From positions 5,338 to 69,337 of the forward strand of contig JALOLA010000010.1 of NCBI GenBank assembly GCA_025456205.1: a stretch of DNA of 64,000 nt, in the 5' to 3' direction. The notes under the pieces were generated by a model. The model was not told the DNA's origin, ran no database searches, and saw only the letters and a list, made by a program, of their open reading frames with translations. Shown here piece after piece: positions 7,250 through 15,842 of the stretch. The stretch is from Acidobacteriota bacterium. GTDB taxonomy: Bacteria; Acidobacteriota; Aminicenantia; UBA2199. The first letter of the stretch is position 1. The number at the start of each line of letters is the position of its first letter. A program made the position numbers and the translations under genes.

Positions 7250-10018
7250 ATGTCGGAAAAAAAAATGGAGTGGAAAGATACTCTTAACCTGCCGCGCACC
7301 GACTTCCCCATGAAGGCCCAGCTCAGCCTGAAGGAGCCGGAAACCCTGAAGAAGTGGGAGGCGGCCGGGATCTATGAAAAGATCCTGGAGAACCGCGACC
7401 CGCAGCGCTCCTACATCCTGCACGACGGCCCGCCCTATGCCAACGGCAACATCCACCTGGGCACGGCCCTGAACAAGATCCTCAAGGACTTCGTGGTCAA
7501 GAGCCGCTCCATGGCGGGCTTCTACAGCCCCTACGTTCCCGGCTGGGACTGCCACGGCCTGCCCATCGAGCACAAGGTCGACCAGAAGCTCGGGGCGCGC
7601 AAGAAAAACATGACCCAGATCCAGGTCCGCGAGGAATGCCGGCTCTACGCCGAGAAATTCCTCGATTCGCAGCGCGCCGACTTCAAGCGCCTCGGCGTTT
7701 TCGGCGACTGGCAACGGCCCTACACCACCCTCGACCACGAATACGAGGCCACGGTCATCCATTTTTTCAACTCCTTCGTCAGGCAGGGTAACGTCTACCG
7801 CAAGAAGCGCCCGGTATATTGGTGCCTCTCCTGCCGCACCGCCCTGGCCGAGGCCGAGGTCGAGTACCATGACCACTCCTCCCCCTCCATCACCGTGAAG
7901 TTCCCCCTGCGCGCGCTGCCGCCATTCCTCAAGGAGTACTCCGGCCGCGCCGTCTCGATGCTGATCTGGACCACCACCCCCTGGACCATACCGGCCAACC
8001 TGGCCATCGCCGTCCATGCCGGCTTCGACTACGCCCTGTTTGAAATGAAGGGCGAGCTTTACATCGCCGCTTCCGCCCTGCTGCCGGCCATCGCCGCGCT
8101 GAACAACGACGCCTTCAGCAAGCTGCGGGAATTCAAGGGCCGGGAGCTGGACGGCCTCAAGGCCCGTCATCCGCTTTTCGACCGCGATTCGCTGCTGATC
8201 AACACCGACTACGTCCTGCTCGACCAGGGCACCGGCTGCGTGCACACGGCGCCCGGCCATGGCGAGGACGACTACCATGCCGGCGTGGCCCACGGGCTCG
8301 ACATCTACTCGCCGGTGCTGGCCGACGGCCGCTTCGACGAGACGGCCGGCCCCTACCAGGGCCTGCAGGTGTTCCAGGCCAACGAGCGCATCGTGGACGA
8401 CCTGCGCCGGAACGGCAGCCTGCTCCATGCCGGCGCCATCAGCCACTCCTATCCCCACTGCTGGCGCTGCAAGAAGCCGGTCATCTACCGCGCCACGGCC
8501 CAGTGGTTCATCGCCATGGACCATGCCGGCCTGCGCGCCAAGGCGCTGGACGCCATCCAGGGCGCGGCCTGGCTGCCGGCCTGGGGCGAGGAGCGCATCG
8601 CCAGCATGGTGGCCAACCGCCCCGACTGGTGCATCTCGCGCCAGCGCGACTGGGGCGTGCCCCTGCCCGCCTTCTTCTGCAGGAAATGCGAGGAGCCGCT
8701 GCTCGACCCCGCGACCATCGAGAACGTGGAAAAGGCCTTCGCCGCCGGCGGGTCGAACTCCTGGTACAGCCGGGAAGCCTCCGACTTCATCGTCCCCGGC
8801 ACCGCCTGCCCCGCCTGCGGCGGCAGCGAGTTCGAAAAGGGCCGCGACATCCTCGACGTCTGGTTCGAGTCGGGCTCGTCGCACGGCATCCTGCGGCAGC
8901 GCCCCGGCCACCGCTGGCCGGCCGACATGTACCTGGAGGGCGGCGACCAGTACCGCGGCTGGTTCCACTCCTCGCTGCTGGTGGGCGTCAACGCCCTGGG
9001 CGGCTCGCCCTACCGCGCCGTCATCACCCACGGCTGGGTGCTCGATGCCGAAGGCAAGACCATGCACAAGTCGCTGGGCAACGCCATCGAGCCGCAGGAC
9101 ATCATCAAGGACCGCGGCGCCGAGATCCTGCGCCTGTGGTCGGCCATGGTCAACTACCAGGAGGACGTGCGGCTGAGCGAGGAAATGCTCCAGCGCCTGA
9201 GCGAAAGCTACCGCAAGATCCGCAACACCTGGCGCTTCATGCTCGGCGTCCTCGCCGACTACGATCCGCAGCGCGACGCGGCCCACGCCGCGGCAATGGA
9301 TGAGACCGACCGCTACATCCTGCAGCGCCTGCAGGAGGTCAAGGCCCGGGCGCTCAAGGCCTACCAGGACTTCGAATACCACGCCATTTTCCACGCCCTG
9401 TTCAATTTCTTCACCAATGACCTCAGCTCCTTCTACCTGAACTTCCAGAAGGACAACCTCTATTGCAACCGCTTCGACGCCCCGCAGCGCCGCGCCAGCC
9501 AGCATGCCGTCTTCACCCTGCTGCGCGAGACGCTGCTGCTCTTGGCCCCCATCCTCTCCTTCACCTGCGAGGAAGCCTGGGGCTTTCTCCCCCACTGGCC
9601 GGGAAAGGCGGAGTTCATCCACCTGGAGCGCTTCCCGCAGGTCGACGAAGCCCTGCTCCGCGGCGTGGACGCCGGGCGCTGGGAGAGGGTCATGGCCCTG
9701 CGCGACCGCCTGCTGAAGGAGATCGAGGCGGCTCGCGCCCGGAAGCTCATCGGCGATTCGCTCGAGGCCGACATCGAGGTCGTCGCCGTTGGCGAGGACG
9801 AGGCGCTCCTGCGCGAGAACCGCGAGCTGTTCAGGACCATCCTGGTCATCGCCGGCCTCGACGTGCGCGCCGGCGAGGAAGAGGCGATCACCGTGCGCAA
9901 GGCCGGGGGGCGCAAATGCCCGCGCTGCTGGAACTGGGTCGCCGACCCGCCAGCGGGTCGGCACCCCGAGCTCTGCCCGCGCTGCGCCGCCGCCGTGCCC
10001 GCGGCGGCGAAGGAGTGA
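7250..10018 (+). CDS. ileS: isoleucine--tRNA ligase
   Basis: HIGH-region PPYANGNIHLGTALNK and KMSKS-region KTMHKSLGN. C-terminal Zn finger CPRCWNW...CPRC. Length 922 aa. Confidence 0.97.
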   Translation: MSEKKMEWKDTLNLPRTDFPMKAQLSLKEPETLKKWEAAGIYEKILENRDPQRSYILHDGPPYANGNIHLGTALNKILKDFVVKSRSMAGFYSPYVPGWDCHGLPIEHKVDQKLGARKKNMTQIQVREECRLYAEKFLDSQRADFKRLGVFGDWQRPYTTLDHEYEATVIHFFNSFVRQGNVYRKKRPVYWCLSCRTALAEAEVEYHDHSSPSITVKFPLRALPPFLKEYSGRAVSMLIWTTTPWTIPANLAIAVHAGFDYALFEMKGELYIAASALLPAIAALNNDAFSKLREFKGRELDGLKARHPLFDRDSLLINTDYVLLDQGTGCVHTAPGHGEDDYHAGVAHGLDIYSPVLADGRFDETAGPYQGLQVFQANERIVDDLRRNGSLLHAGAISHSYPHCWRCKKPVIYRATAQWFIAMDHAGLRAKALDAIQGAAWLPAWGEERIASMVANRPDWCISRQRDWGVPLPAFFCRKCEEPLLDPATIENVEKAFAAGGSNSWYSREASDFIVPGTACPACGGSEFEKGRDILDVWFESGSSHGILRQRPGHRWPADMYLEGGDQYRGWFHSSLLVGVNALGGSPYRAVITHGWVLDAEGKTMHKSLGNAIEPQDIIKDRGAEILRLWSAMVNYQEDVRLSEEMLQRLSESYRKIRNTWRFMLGVLADYDPQRDAAHAAAMDETDRYILQRLQEVKARALKAYQDFEYHAIFHALFNFFTNDLSSFYLNFQKDNLYCNRFDAPQRRASQHAVFTLLRETLLLLAPILSFTCEEAWGFLPHWPGKAEFIHLERFPQVDEALLRGVDAGRWERVMALRDRLLKEIEAARARKLIGDSLEADIEVVAVGEDEALLRENRELFRTILVIAGLDVRAGEEEAITVRKAGGRKCPRCWNWVADPPAGRHPELCPRCAAAVPAAAKE

Positions 10019-10022
10019 CCCC

Positions 10023-10517
10023 GTGCACCTGAAAGGCAAGAAGCTGTACCTGTTCCTGTTGCCGCTGCTCATCATCCTCGACCAGGCCAGCAAGTGGCTG
10101 GTGACGAAATCCCTGCCGCTGGAAGGCACCCGCGACCTGGTCAAGGGCTTCCTGCGCCTATGGCACGTGCGCAATTCCGGCGCCGTCTGGGGCTTCTTCC
10201 AGGGCCACGACGGCAGTTGGGTGCCGAAGGTGATCACCGCCCTGGCCATCGCCGCCCTGCTGGTGGTCCTGTTCTTCTTCCTGCGCGCCGGCAGGCATGA
10301 GCGGCTGGAGCTCTTCGCCTACACGTTCATCATGGGCGGGGCCATGGGCAACATTATCGACCGCCTGCGCCTGGGCCATGTCGTCGACTTCCTCGATGTC
10401 TACGTCCGCTCATGGCACTGGCCGACCTTCAACGTCGCCGACAGCTGCATCACCATCGGCGTGCTGCTGCTGGCGCTCTCGCTGCTGAAAGGAGGCAAAG
10501 CATGCACCCCATCCTGA
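10023..10517 (+). CDS. lspA: lipoprotein signal peptidase II
   Basis: GTG start 5 nt after the ileS stop. Motifs DQASKWLV, RNSGAVWGFF, IIDRLRLGHVVDF, FNVADSCITIG. Confidence 0.9.
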   Translation: MHLKGKKLYLFLLPLLIILDQASKWLVTKSLPLEGTRDLVKGFLRLWHVRNSGAVWGFFQGHDGSWVPKVITALAIAALLVVLFFFLRAGRHERLELFAYTFIMGGAMGNIIDRLRLGHVVDFLDVYVRSWHWPTFNVADSCITIGVLLLALSLLKGGKACTPS

Positions 10518-11320
10518 TCCAGGCCGGGCCGCTGACCATCGCCAGCTACGGCTTTCTCTTCGCCCTGGGCGTCCTGCTGGGCGTGTTGCTCTGCCTGCGC
10601 CTGGCCAAAAAAGAAGGGCTCGACCTGGCGGTGTTCGCCGACTTCATCTTCTTCGTCATGCTGCTCAGCCTGCTGGGGGCCAAGCTCTGGCTGCTGGTCT
10701 CCAACCTGGGCTACTACCTGAAATACCCCGGCGAGATCAAGTACCTGCTGACCTCGGGAGGCAGCTTCTACGGCGGCCTGATCTTCGGCGCCGTCTTCGC
10801 CGTCTGGTTCATCCGCCGCCACCGCCTGAGCTACCGCCAGCTGGGCGACATCGCCGCGCCGGCGCTGGCCCTGGGCCATTTTTTCGGCCGCCTGGGCTGC
10901 TTCGCCGCCGGCTGCTGCTGGGGGCGCGAGGCCGTGCATTTCCCCTTCGCCGTCACCTTCAGCGACCTCAAGGCCCAGGCCCTGACCGGCGTGCCTCTCT
11001 ACATCCCGCTCTATCCCACGCAGCTGATGGAAGCCGCGCTCAACCTGGGCAATTTCCTTTTCCTGATGCACGTATACAATAAAAGGAAATTCAGCGGCCA
11101 GGCGATCGCCACCTACATGCTGAGCTACTCATTGATCCGCTTCGTCGTCGAATACTTCCGCGGCGATCCCGACCGGGGCTACGTCATCGGCTCCATGGAG
11201 CGACCCTGGACCAGCCTTTCCGTGCCGCAGCTGGTCTCGGTCATCGGCGTCGTCATCGCCCTGCTGCTGTGGCGGGGCTTCAAGAAGAAGGGTGAACAAG
11301 AGCAGCGAATTCAGGGTTAG
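10502..11320 (+). CDS. lgt: prolipoprotein diacylglyceryl transferase
   Basis: MHPILIQAGPLTIASYGFLFALG..., GRLGCFAAGCCWG and EYFRGD motifs. Overlaps lspA by 16 nt. Confidence 0.92.
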   Translation: MHPILIQAGPLTIASYGFLFALGVLLGVLLCLRLAKKEGLDLAVFADFIFFVMLLSLLGAKLWLLVSNLGYYLKYPGEIKYLLTSGGSFYGGLIFGAVFAVWFIRRHRLSYRQLGDIAAPALALGHFFGRLGCFAAGCCWGREAVHFPFAVTFSDLKAQALTGVPLYIPLYPTQLMEAALNLGNFLFLMHVYNKRKFSGQAIATYMLSYSLIRFVVEYFRGDPDRGYVIGSMERPWTSLSVPQLVSVIGVVIALLLWRGFKKKGEQEQRIQG

Positions 11321-12215
11321 GGAATACTGGGAGCGCATCGATCACTTTCTGACCAACGCTCTGCAGACCCTGTCCCGCAGCCGCGTCGAAAAGCTGATGC
11401 GCGAGGGACGGGTCAGCCTCAACGGCGTTGTCGTCCGCAAGAAAAGCGGTGAGGTCTACCCCGGCGACCGCGTCACGGTCGAAATGGAGATCGAGGAAGA
11501 GATCATCTTTGTTCCCTCCCAACCCCTGCGCAAGCTGTTCGAAGACGAATGGCTGCTGGTCATCGACAAGCCCTCCGGACTGCCCGTCCATCCCGGCGCC
11601 GGCGAAAAAACGGAGACCGTGCTCGACATCTTCCGCCACCACTTCCCGCAGATCACCGCCTTTGCCGACCAGGAGCGCCCGGGCATCGTCCACCGCCTGG
11701 ACAAGGACACCTCCGGGGTCCTGATCCTGGCCAAGAGCGAGGAAGCGCTGGACAGGATGCAGGAGCTGTTCCAGGAAAGGGAGATGCAAAAGACCTACCT
11801 GGCGCTGGTCAATGGACGCCTGCGCTTCCGCAACGGCACCATCGACCTGCCGCTGGGACGCAGCCTCAAGAACCGCGCCCGTTTCGAGGTCGTGGGCGAG
11901 GACCGCGAGGACCGGCGCGAGGCGACAACCGATTTCTCGGTGATCCGCGAGTTTAATAAATTCACCTACGTGCGCCTGATGCCGAAAACCGGCCGCACCC
12001 ACCAGCTGCGCGTCCACCTGGCCCACTTCGGCAACCCGGTGCTGGGCGACATCCTCTACGGCAAGGCGCGCGGCAAGGACTTCCCGCGCCTGGCCCTGCA
12101 CGCCTATGCCATCGAATTCGTCCACCCCTTCACCGGCAACCGCGTGCGTGTCACCTCCCCCCTGCCCGCCGACTTGAGAAAATACATGGCGGAGAATTTC
12201 AAGAGGACTTCGTGA
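11292..12215 (+). CDS. rluD: RluA-family 23S rRNA pseudouridine synthase (S4 domain + catalytic HRLDKDTSG)
   Basis: S4-like N-terminus and catalytic motif GIVHRLDKDTSGVLILAKS. The lspA-rluD linkage is common in bacteria. Confidence 0.85.
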   Translation: MNKSSEFRVREYWERIDHFLTNALQTLSRSRVEKLMREGRVSLNGVVVRKKSGEVYPGDRVTVEMEIEEEIIFVPSQPLRKLFEDEWLLVIDKPSGLPVHPGAGEKTETVLDIFRHHFPQITAFADQERPGIVHRLDKDTSGVLILAKSEEALDRMQELFQEREMQKTYLALVNGRLRFRNGTIDLPLGRSLKNRARFEVVGEDREDRREATTDFSVIREFNKFTYVRLMPKTGRTHQLRVHLAHFGNPVLGDILYGKARGKDFPRLALHAYAIEFVHPFTGNRVRVTSPLPADLRKYMAENFKRTS

Positions 12216-12262
12216 CGCGTAACGCGTGACGCGAGGGACCTCGTGACAAGTGACGCGTGACG
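12211..12262. repeat. CGTGACG heptad tracts
   Basis: Reads cgtgacg cgtaacg cgtgacg, then cgtgaca agtgacg cgtgacg. Contains the rluD stop codon. Related to 6171-6200, 6274-6305 and 32609-32622. Confidence 0.8.
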
Positions 12263-12289
12263 CGAAAGAATAAAGAGGCGGAGGGGATC

Positions 12290-12664
12290 ATGGGAAAAAA
12301 CAGGACGGCTCCAAAAACGATCGATGAATACATCAAGACGTTTCCCGGAGATATCCAGGATAAGCTGAAGGCGATGCGCAAAACGGTCCACGCCGCCGCG
12401 CCGGAGGCCGAGGAGAAGATCAGCTACCAGATGCCCACGTTCTATCTCAAGGGCAACCTGGTCCATTTCGCCGCCTTCAAAAAACATATCGGCTTTTATC
12501 CTGCGCCGAGCGGCATCCAGGCTTTTAAAAATGATTTGTCGGTCTATAAAAGTTCCAAGGGCGCCGTGCAATTTCCCATCGACAAGCCGCTGCCGCTGGC
12601 GTTGGTCTCAAAAATTGTAAGATTCAGGGTTTTTGAAAATAACGCAAAATTCAAAGCAAAATGA
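12290..12664 (+). CDS. DUF1801 (YdhG-like) domain protein
   Basis: IDEYIKTFPGDIQDKLKAMRKTV...ISYQMPTFYLKGNLVHFAAFKKHIGFYP. RBS ggaggg precedes ATG 12290. Confidence 0.8.
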   Translation: MGKNRTAPKTIDEYIKTFPGDIQDKLKAMRKTVHAAAPEAEEKISYQMPTFYLKGNLVHFAAFKKHIGFYPAPSGIQAFKNDLSVYKSSKGAVQFPIDKPLPLALVSKIVRFRVFENNAKFKAK

Positions 12665-12667
12665 ATC

Positions 12668-12688
12668 GGGAGGGTTACAAGCCCTCCC
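12668..12688. terminator. hairpin between convergent genes
   Basis: Stem gggaggg / ccctccc with loop ttacaag, between the DUF1801 gene and hicB. No clear U-tract. Confidence 0.35.
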
Positions 12689-12701
12689 CTACTTAAATCA
12701 A

Positions 12702-13028
12702 CTAAATGATCTTCGAAAGGATCAGCTGGTTGATCGATACGTTTTCCTCGGCCGCCTTGATGGCCAGCTCGCGATGCACCTCGGGCGGCACGCGCAGGCT
12801 GAGATGGCCGCGGAATTTCTTCGAGCCCAGGGGCTCCGGGGCTTCCCGCTTCTCGTCGCTCAGCCATTTCAGCGCCGCGGCTACCGCTACCTTGATCTGG
12901 CGCAGGGCCTCTTCCTGGGAACGGCCGTGGGCGCCGAGCCCGGGGAATTCGGCGCAGCGGGCCAAAAACGCGCCGTCTTCCTCAGACCATTCGATGCGGA
13001 AGGTATATCGTTCCACTTTACTTCCCAT
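12702..13028 (-). CDS. hicB: HicB-family antitoxin with C-terminal RHH
   Basis: YTFRIEWSEEDGAFLARCAEFPGLGAHGRSQEEAL matches the HicB fold. C-terminal GHLSLRVPPEVHRELAIKAAEENVSINQLI is RHH-like. Confidence 0.85.
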   Translation of the reverse strand: MGSKVERYTFRIEWSEEDGAFLARCAEFPGLGAHGRSQEEALRQIKVAVAAALKWLSDEKREAPEPLGSKKFRGHLSLRVPPEVHRELAIKAAEENVSINQLILSKII

Positions 13029-13269
13029 GTTTCGCCTCCAATTTTTCCATTGCCCGCCTGACGTCCCGGACCTGGTAGGGCTTGGCCATCTTGCCGTCGC
13101 GCTGCAGGTTGACGAAGGGCCCGCCCGGCCACGGCGTCTTGAAGATGTGATGACTGCCGTTCACTCTCGGTTCACCAAAGAGTTTCCGGCACAGGTTCAG
13201 CAGGTCCTCAAAACGCACGTTCCTCGGGTTGTCGAACAGGCTTCTATCCACAACGTAATAATAGCACAT
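13018..13269 (-). CDS. hicA: HicA-family toxin
   Basis: Contains a GSHHIF motif. Length 83 aa. Overlaps hicB by 11 nt in the usual toxin-first order. Confidence 0.72.
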   Translation of the reverse strand: MCYYYVVDRSLFDNPRNVRFEDLLNLCRKLFGEPRVNGSHHIFKTPWPGGPFVNLQRDGKMAKPYQVRDVRRAMEKLEAKHGK

Positions 13270-13539
13270 ACGCTATCACTTTTCAATTAAATAATCTTGC
13301 TTGTTCCCGTGCGAGAGGGGCGATGGGGACGGATCGTGAAAACATGGAAATGATCACTTCCCCGGTTCTCCCCTTTTTCTGAAATTCTGATACAAGCGCG
13401 ACATGGACAGGCATTGCCGGTCGGCGAAAATGGGCAATTCAACGATCTCGCGAAACGTCAATCCCGCCTGATCGCGCAGGCGAACAAATTCACATTTTCG
13501 CAATCCGTCCCTGAGTACTCGCTTTTGTTCCTGGTCCCT

Positions 13540-13980
13540 CTAATCGGGAATGGTGAGCATGATGACGGCGAAGCGGGGGCCGCGCTTGACGAATGAGCCG
13601 TCCTCGGTTGACACTTGGATCTGGTAGTTGTTGCCCACGCCATAAGTGGAACCGTTCAGCAACTCGCCGCAGACGACCTCGAGCTGCATGTGTCCCGGCC
13701 CGGAATTGGACAGCGGATACAGATGGGCGAAGGTCCCGATGACCTGCCCTCCCCTGACCAACTTGACCCAGTACCCGGTCGTGGCAACATTGACCGCCTC
13801 GAAATGAACAGAGTGCCGCGTTCCGAGCGCCCATTTCGCATTCGCTTTGGGTTCGATTAAACGGATCGTTTTCAGCGTTGCGCCGCTCGTGGTCACTTCG
13901 GCCGCGAAAGACACAGCCGCCAGCACGCCGAGCAGGCACAGGGCAAGAAACCCAACATATGCTTTCTTCACTTTGGACAT
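13540..13980 (-). CDS. small secreted protein (Kre9/KNH-like beta-sandwich pattern)
   Basis: AGGAGG RBS followed by ATG 13980. Signal peptide MSKVKKAYVGFLALCLLGVLAAVSFAAE. Confidence 0.6.
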   Translation of the reverse strand: MSKVKKAYVGFLALCLLGVLAAVSFAAEVTTSGATLKTIRLIEPKANAKWALGTRHSVHFEAVNVATTGYWVKLVRGGQVIGTFAHLYPLSNSGPGHMQLEVVCGELLNGSTYGVGNNYQIQVSTEDGSFVKRGPRFAVIMLTIPD

Positions 13981-14139
13981 GAATCCTCCTGTAGCGATTA
14001 GACTTTTAAAAGCACCATATACAACATTTGTCCCGTTTATCTCAAGCAAATCGGCAAAGTAAGTGTTTTCATTCAGGCTTAGATTCCCATAGCAACAAAG
14101 TCTAGCTCCGTCCCTGGTTCCACACTCAACCCGGGCTTT

Positions 14140-14952
14140 CTAATCGGCCTTCTCCACGAGCAGGCTGAGCTTTCTTTGGGCCGCCTGCAGCAGCGGCGAC
14201 TTGGGAAAGGCCACGGCAAATTGCTCCAGCCGGTGGCGCGCCGGACCGTGAAGCCCGGCTTCCTGCAGCATGGTCACGAGCTGGGACCATGCTCGCTCGC
14301 GCAGGTAACCTTGAACGGAAGGCTCATCGGCGATCAGCTCCAGGGAGCGCATGGCGGTCTCCATGTCCCCTTCCCGATGCAGGACCTGGGCGAGGCGATA
14401 TTGCAATTTGGGGTCAAGGATGCGGTTGTAGGCGGCCAGGTATTCCTTGTAAACCTCCGCCGCCTTTTTCGGGTTCGCGGGCAGATCCTTCCTAATTATC
14501 TTTTCATAAATTTCCCGGCCCTCGGGGAGGCGGGCCCTTGCTTTCTTGCGCGCCAGGTCGAGCATTACAGCCAGGTTTTGCGGGTCGAGCTCAAGGGCGT
14601 AGCGCAGCGCCCCCTCGCCGTCCTTGTGAAAGTTGGGATCCCTCATCGTGTCCGCGCCGATGCCGGCATATTTTTCCCCGGCCGCGGCAATGTGCTGCTT
14701 GAAGAGGAAAGCCAGGAAGGCTCCGACGACCAGGCTGCCGATGTGGGCCCAGTAGCCTACGCCTGAGTTGCCCATGGCAAGCTGCCGGGTTCCGCCCGCG
14801 ATATCGAGCAATAAAAAATAGCCCAGCGGAATAAGCGAGTTGATCCGCAGCCGATAGTAAAGAAAACCGAAGAACTCACTGGAGGCCAAGTGGTTGAGTG
14901 AGGATCTCGAGCCCAGGGTCCTTTCCTTCGCCATCGAGAACATGGTGCCCAA
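14140..14952 (-). pseudogene. 5'-truncated rhomboid-family protease fused to C-terminal TPR region
   Basis: Only the last TM segments remain (…INSLIPLGYFLLLDIAG…VGYWAHIGSLVVGAFLAF, with the catalytic-His motif). The GxSG region is degenerate (LASSEFFG) and sits at the junction near 14880. Upstream TMs are absent. Confidence 0.5.
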
Positions 14953-15127
14953 GCACTTGGATGAAGTGAGAAGTCAGGTGGAGGAAAGAGTTAACAAGAC
15001 AATCGTCGCCGTGAAGGAGCGACTGACCCGGGAGAACAACTATTGGGACCTTAGGGCAAACGAACTGCGAGCACAGGAAGAAGCCGGCAAGCCGAACGCC
15101 AAGATCAATCGCTCTTGGAAAATCTAA
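14861..15127 (+). pseudogene. orphan C-terminal fragment of a large helicase-like protein
   Basis: Open frame with no credible start or RBS. The coiled-coil text ...VKERLTRENNYWDLRANELRAQEEAGKPNAKIN resembles, from memory only, C-termini of MGE-borne SF2 helicase-family proteins. Confidence 0.3.
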
Positions 15128-15203
15128 TACTTCGCGATCTCGCCTTCTTTTTGCGACCACTTTTTTATCGCCTCCAGGTCGACCACGTTGTCCCTGGCGA
15201 CCA

Positions 15204-15527
15204 TCAGGGCCGGCGGCGGCGGATATAGAATTTGTCCTTCTCCGCCTGGGGGAGGAAAGAGTAGGCCTTTTGCAGCAGCGCTTCCAATTCCTTGCGGAAG
15301 GGATAGCGTGGGTTGAGGCCGTACAGCCGCACCTTGCCCCGCAGCTGGCTGTAAAGGAGACCGGCATGCTCCATCTTTCTCAGCTGGTAGAGCACGGTGG
15401 TGAAATTGAAAGAGAAATTGGCGGCGATTTCCCTCGGAAAGGAGTCCTTGTTCGTCAGCAGATAAAGCAGGATCCTTTCCTTGATCGGCGACTCCAGCAG
15501 CGGCTCCAGCATCTTGCCCTCCTTCAA
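15204..15527 (-). CDS. winged-helix transcriptional regulator (ArsR/PadR-like)
   Basis: IKERILLYLLTNKDSFPREIAANFSFNFTTVLYQLRKMEHAGLLYSQLRGKVRLYGLN is a wHTH pattern. Confidence 0.7.
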   Translation of the reverse strand: MKEGKMLEPLLESPIKERILLYLLTNKDSFPREIAANFSFNFTTVLYQLRKMEHAGLLYSQLRGKVRLYGLNPRYPFRKELEALLQKAYSFLPQAEKDKFYIRRRRP

Positions 15528-15616
15528 TGAAACTGATCATATGATCAATTTGATTAAATATTAATGCGGGCCCAAGCGAATGTCAAGGACCAGAAAATAT
15601 CCCTTTTTTATCGTAG

Positions 15617-15781
15617 GGGCGGGTCTCAGACCCGCCCGCTCTTCTTTCGCGACATATCAATCGCGCCACGCCCTGGGTCTCAGACCCACCCTTGTTTTCC
15701 CCAAGCAGTGAACGCAAATTTGCGTTCCCTACCAAGGACAACAAATCCAATTAATCTCAGGGCACGGCACGCCGTGCCCCT
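15617..15781. repeat. cluster of four distinct GC-rich hairpins (REP-like)
   Basis: gggcgggtctcagacccgccc (15617-15637). gggtctcagaccc (15675-15687). gaacgcaaatttgcgttc (15710-15727). gggcacggcacgccgtgccc (about 15761-15780). Confidence 0.7.
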
Positions 15782-15842
15782 ACCCTCGTTATCGATTTCC
15801 GCCCCGGGCTGTTTTGCTGTATAATAACCGCTCTGGTAGCAA

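Noticed and set aside
9789-10022. N-terminal 78-codon extension of the lspA ORF overlapping ileS. The same kind of extension occurs at 10412-10501 (lgt), 20313-20393 (hypA), 30745-31635 (NuoI-like), 52071-52295 (sulfatase 2), 53970-54497 (ccsA) and 63114-63416 (cupin).
   Set aside because: The extensions are Arg/Pro/Ala-rich read-through of the upstream gene in another frame. Homology and RBS/overlap signals place the true starts downstream.
7160-10249. 1029-aa ORF antisense to ileS. Similar long antisense ORFs occur at 3600-5951, 15789-18029, 22762-24036, 24381-25949, 26052-27539, 38489-40969, 43160-45271, 47697-48827 and 61330-62937.
   Set aside because: These are GC-driven shadow ORFs. 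Their translations are low-complexity (Gly/Ala/Arg/Asp/Gln/His/Val-rich), with no motifs, RBS or sensible starts. The opposite strand encodes unmistakable proteins (IleRS, kinase, HypF, Nuo-like subunits, TBDRs, Hcp).
13290-13540. Possible small HTH gene on the minus strand (LRKCEFVRLRDQAGLTFREIVELPIFADRQCLSMSRLYQNFRKRGEPGK).
   Set aside because: There is no ATG or RBS. Only a TTG start would give ~49 aa, and no family could be assigned from sequence alone. It is mentioned only as a likely remnant within the accessory patch.
14894-15127. Treating the 77-aa ORF (TTG start) as an intact small protein.
   Set aside because: The frame is open upstream to 14861 without a start or RBS. It overlaps the opposite-strand rhomboid remnant, and its sequence reads like the tail of a much larger protein. 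It is called a gene fragment.
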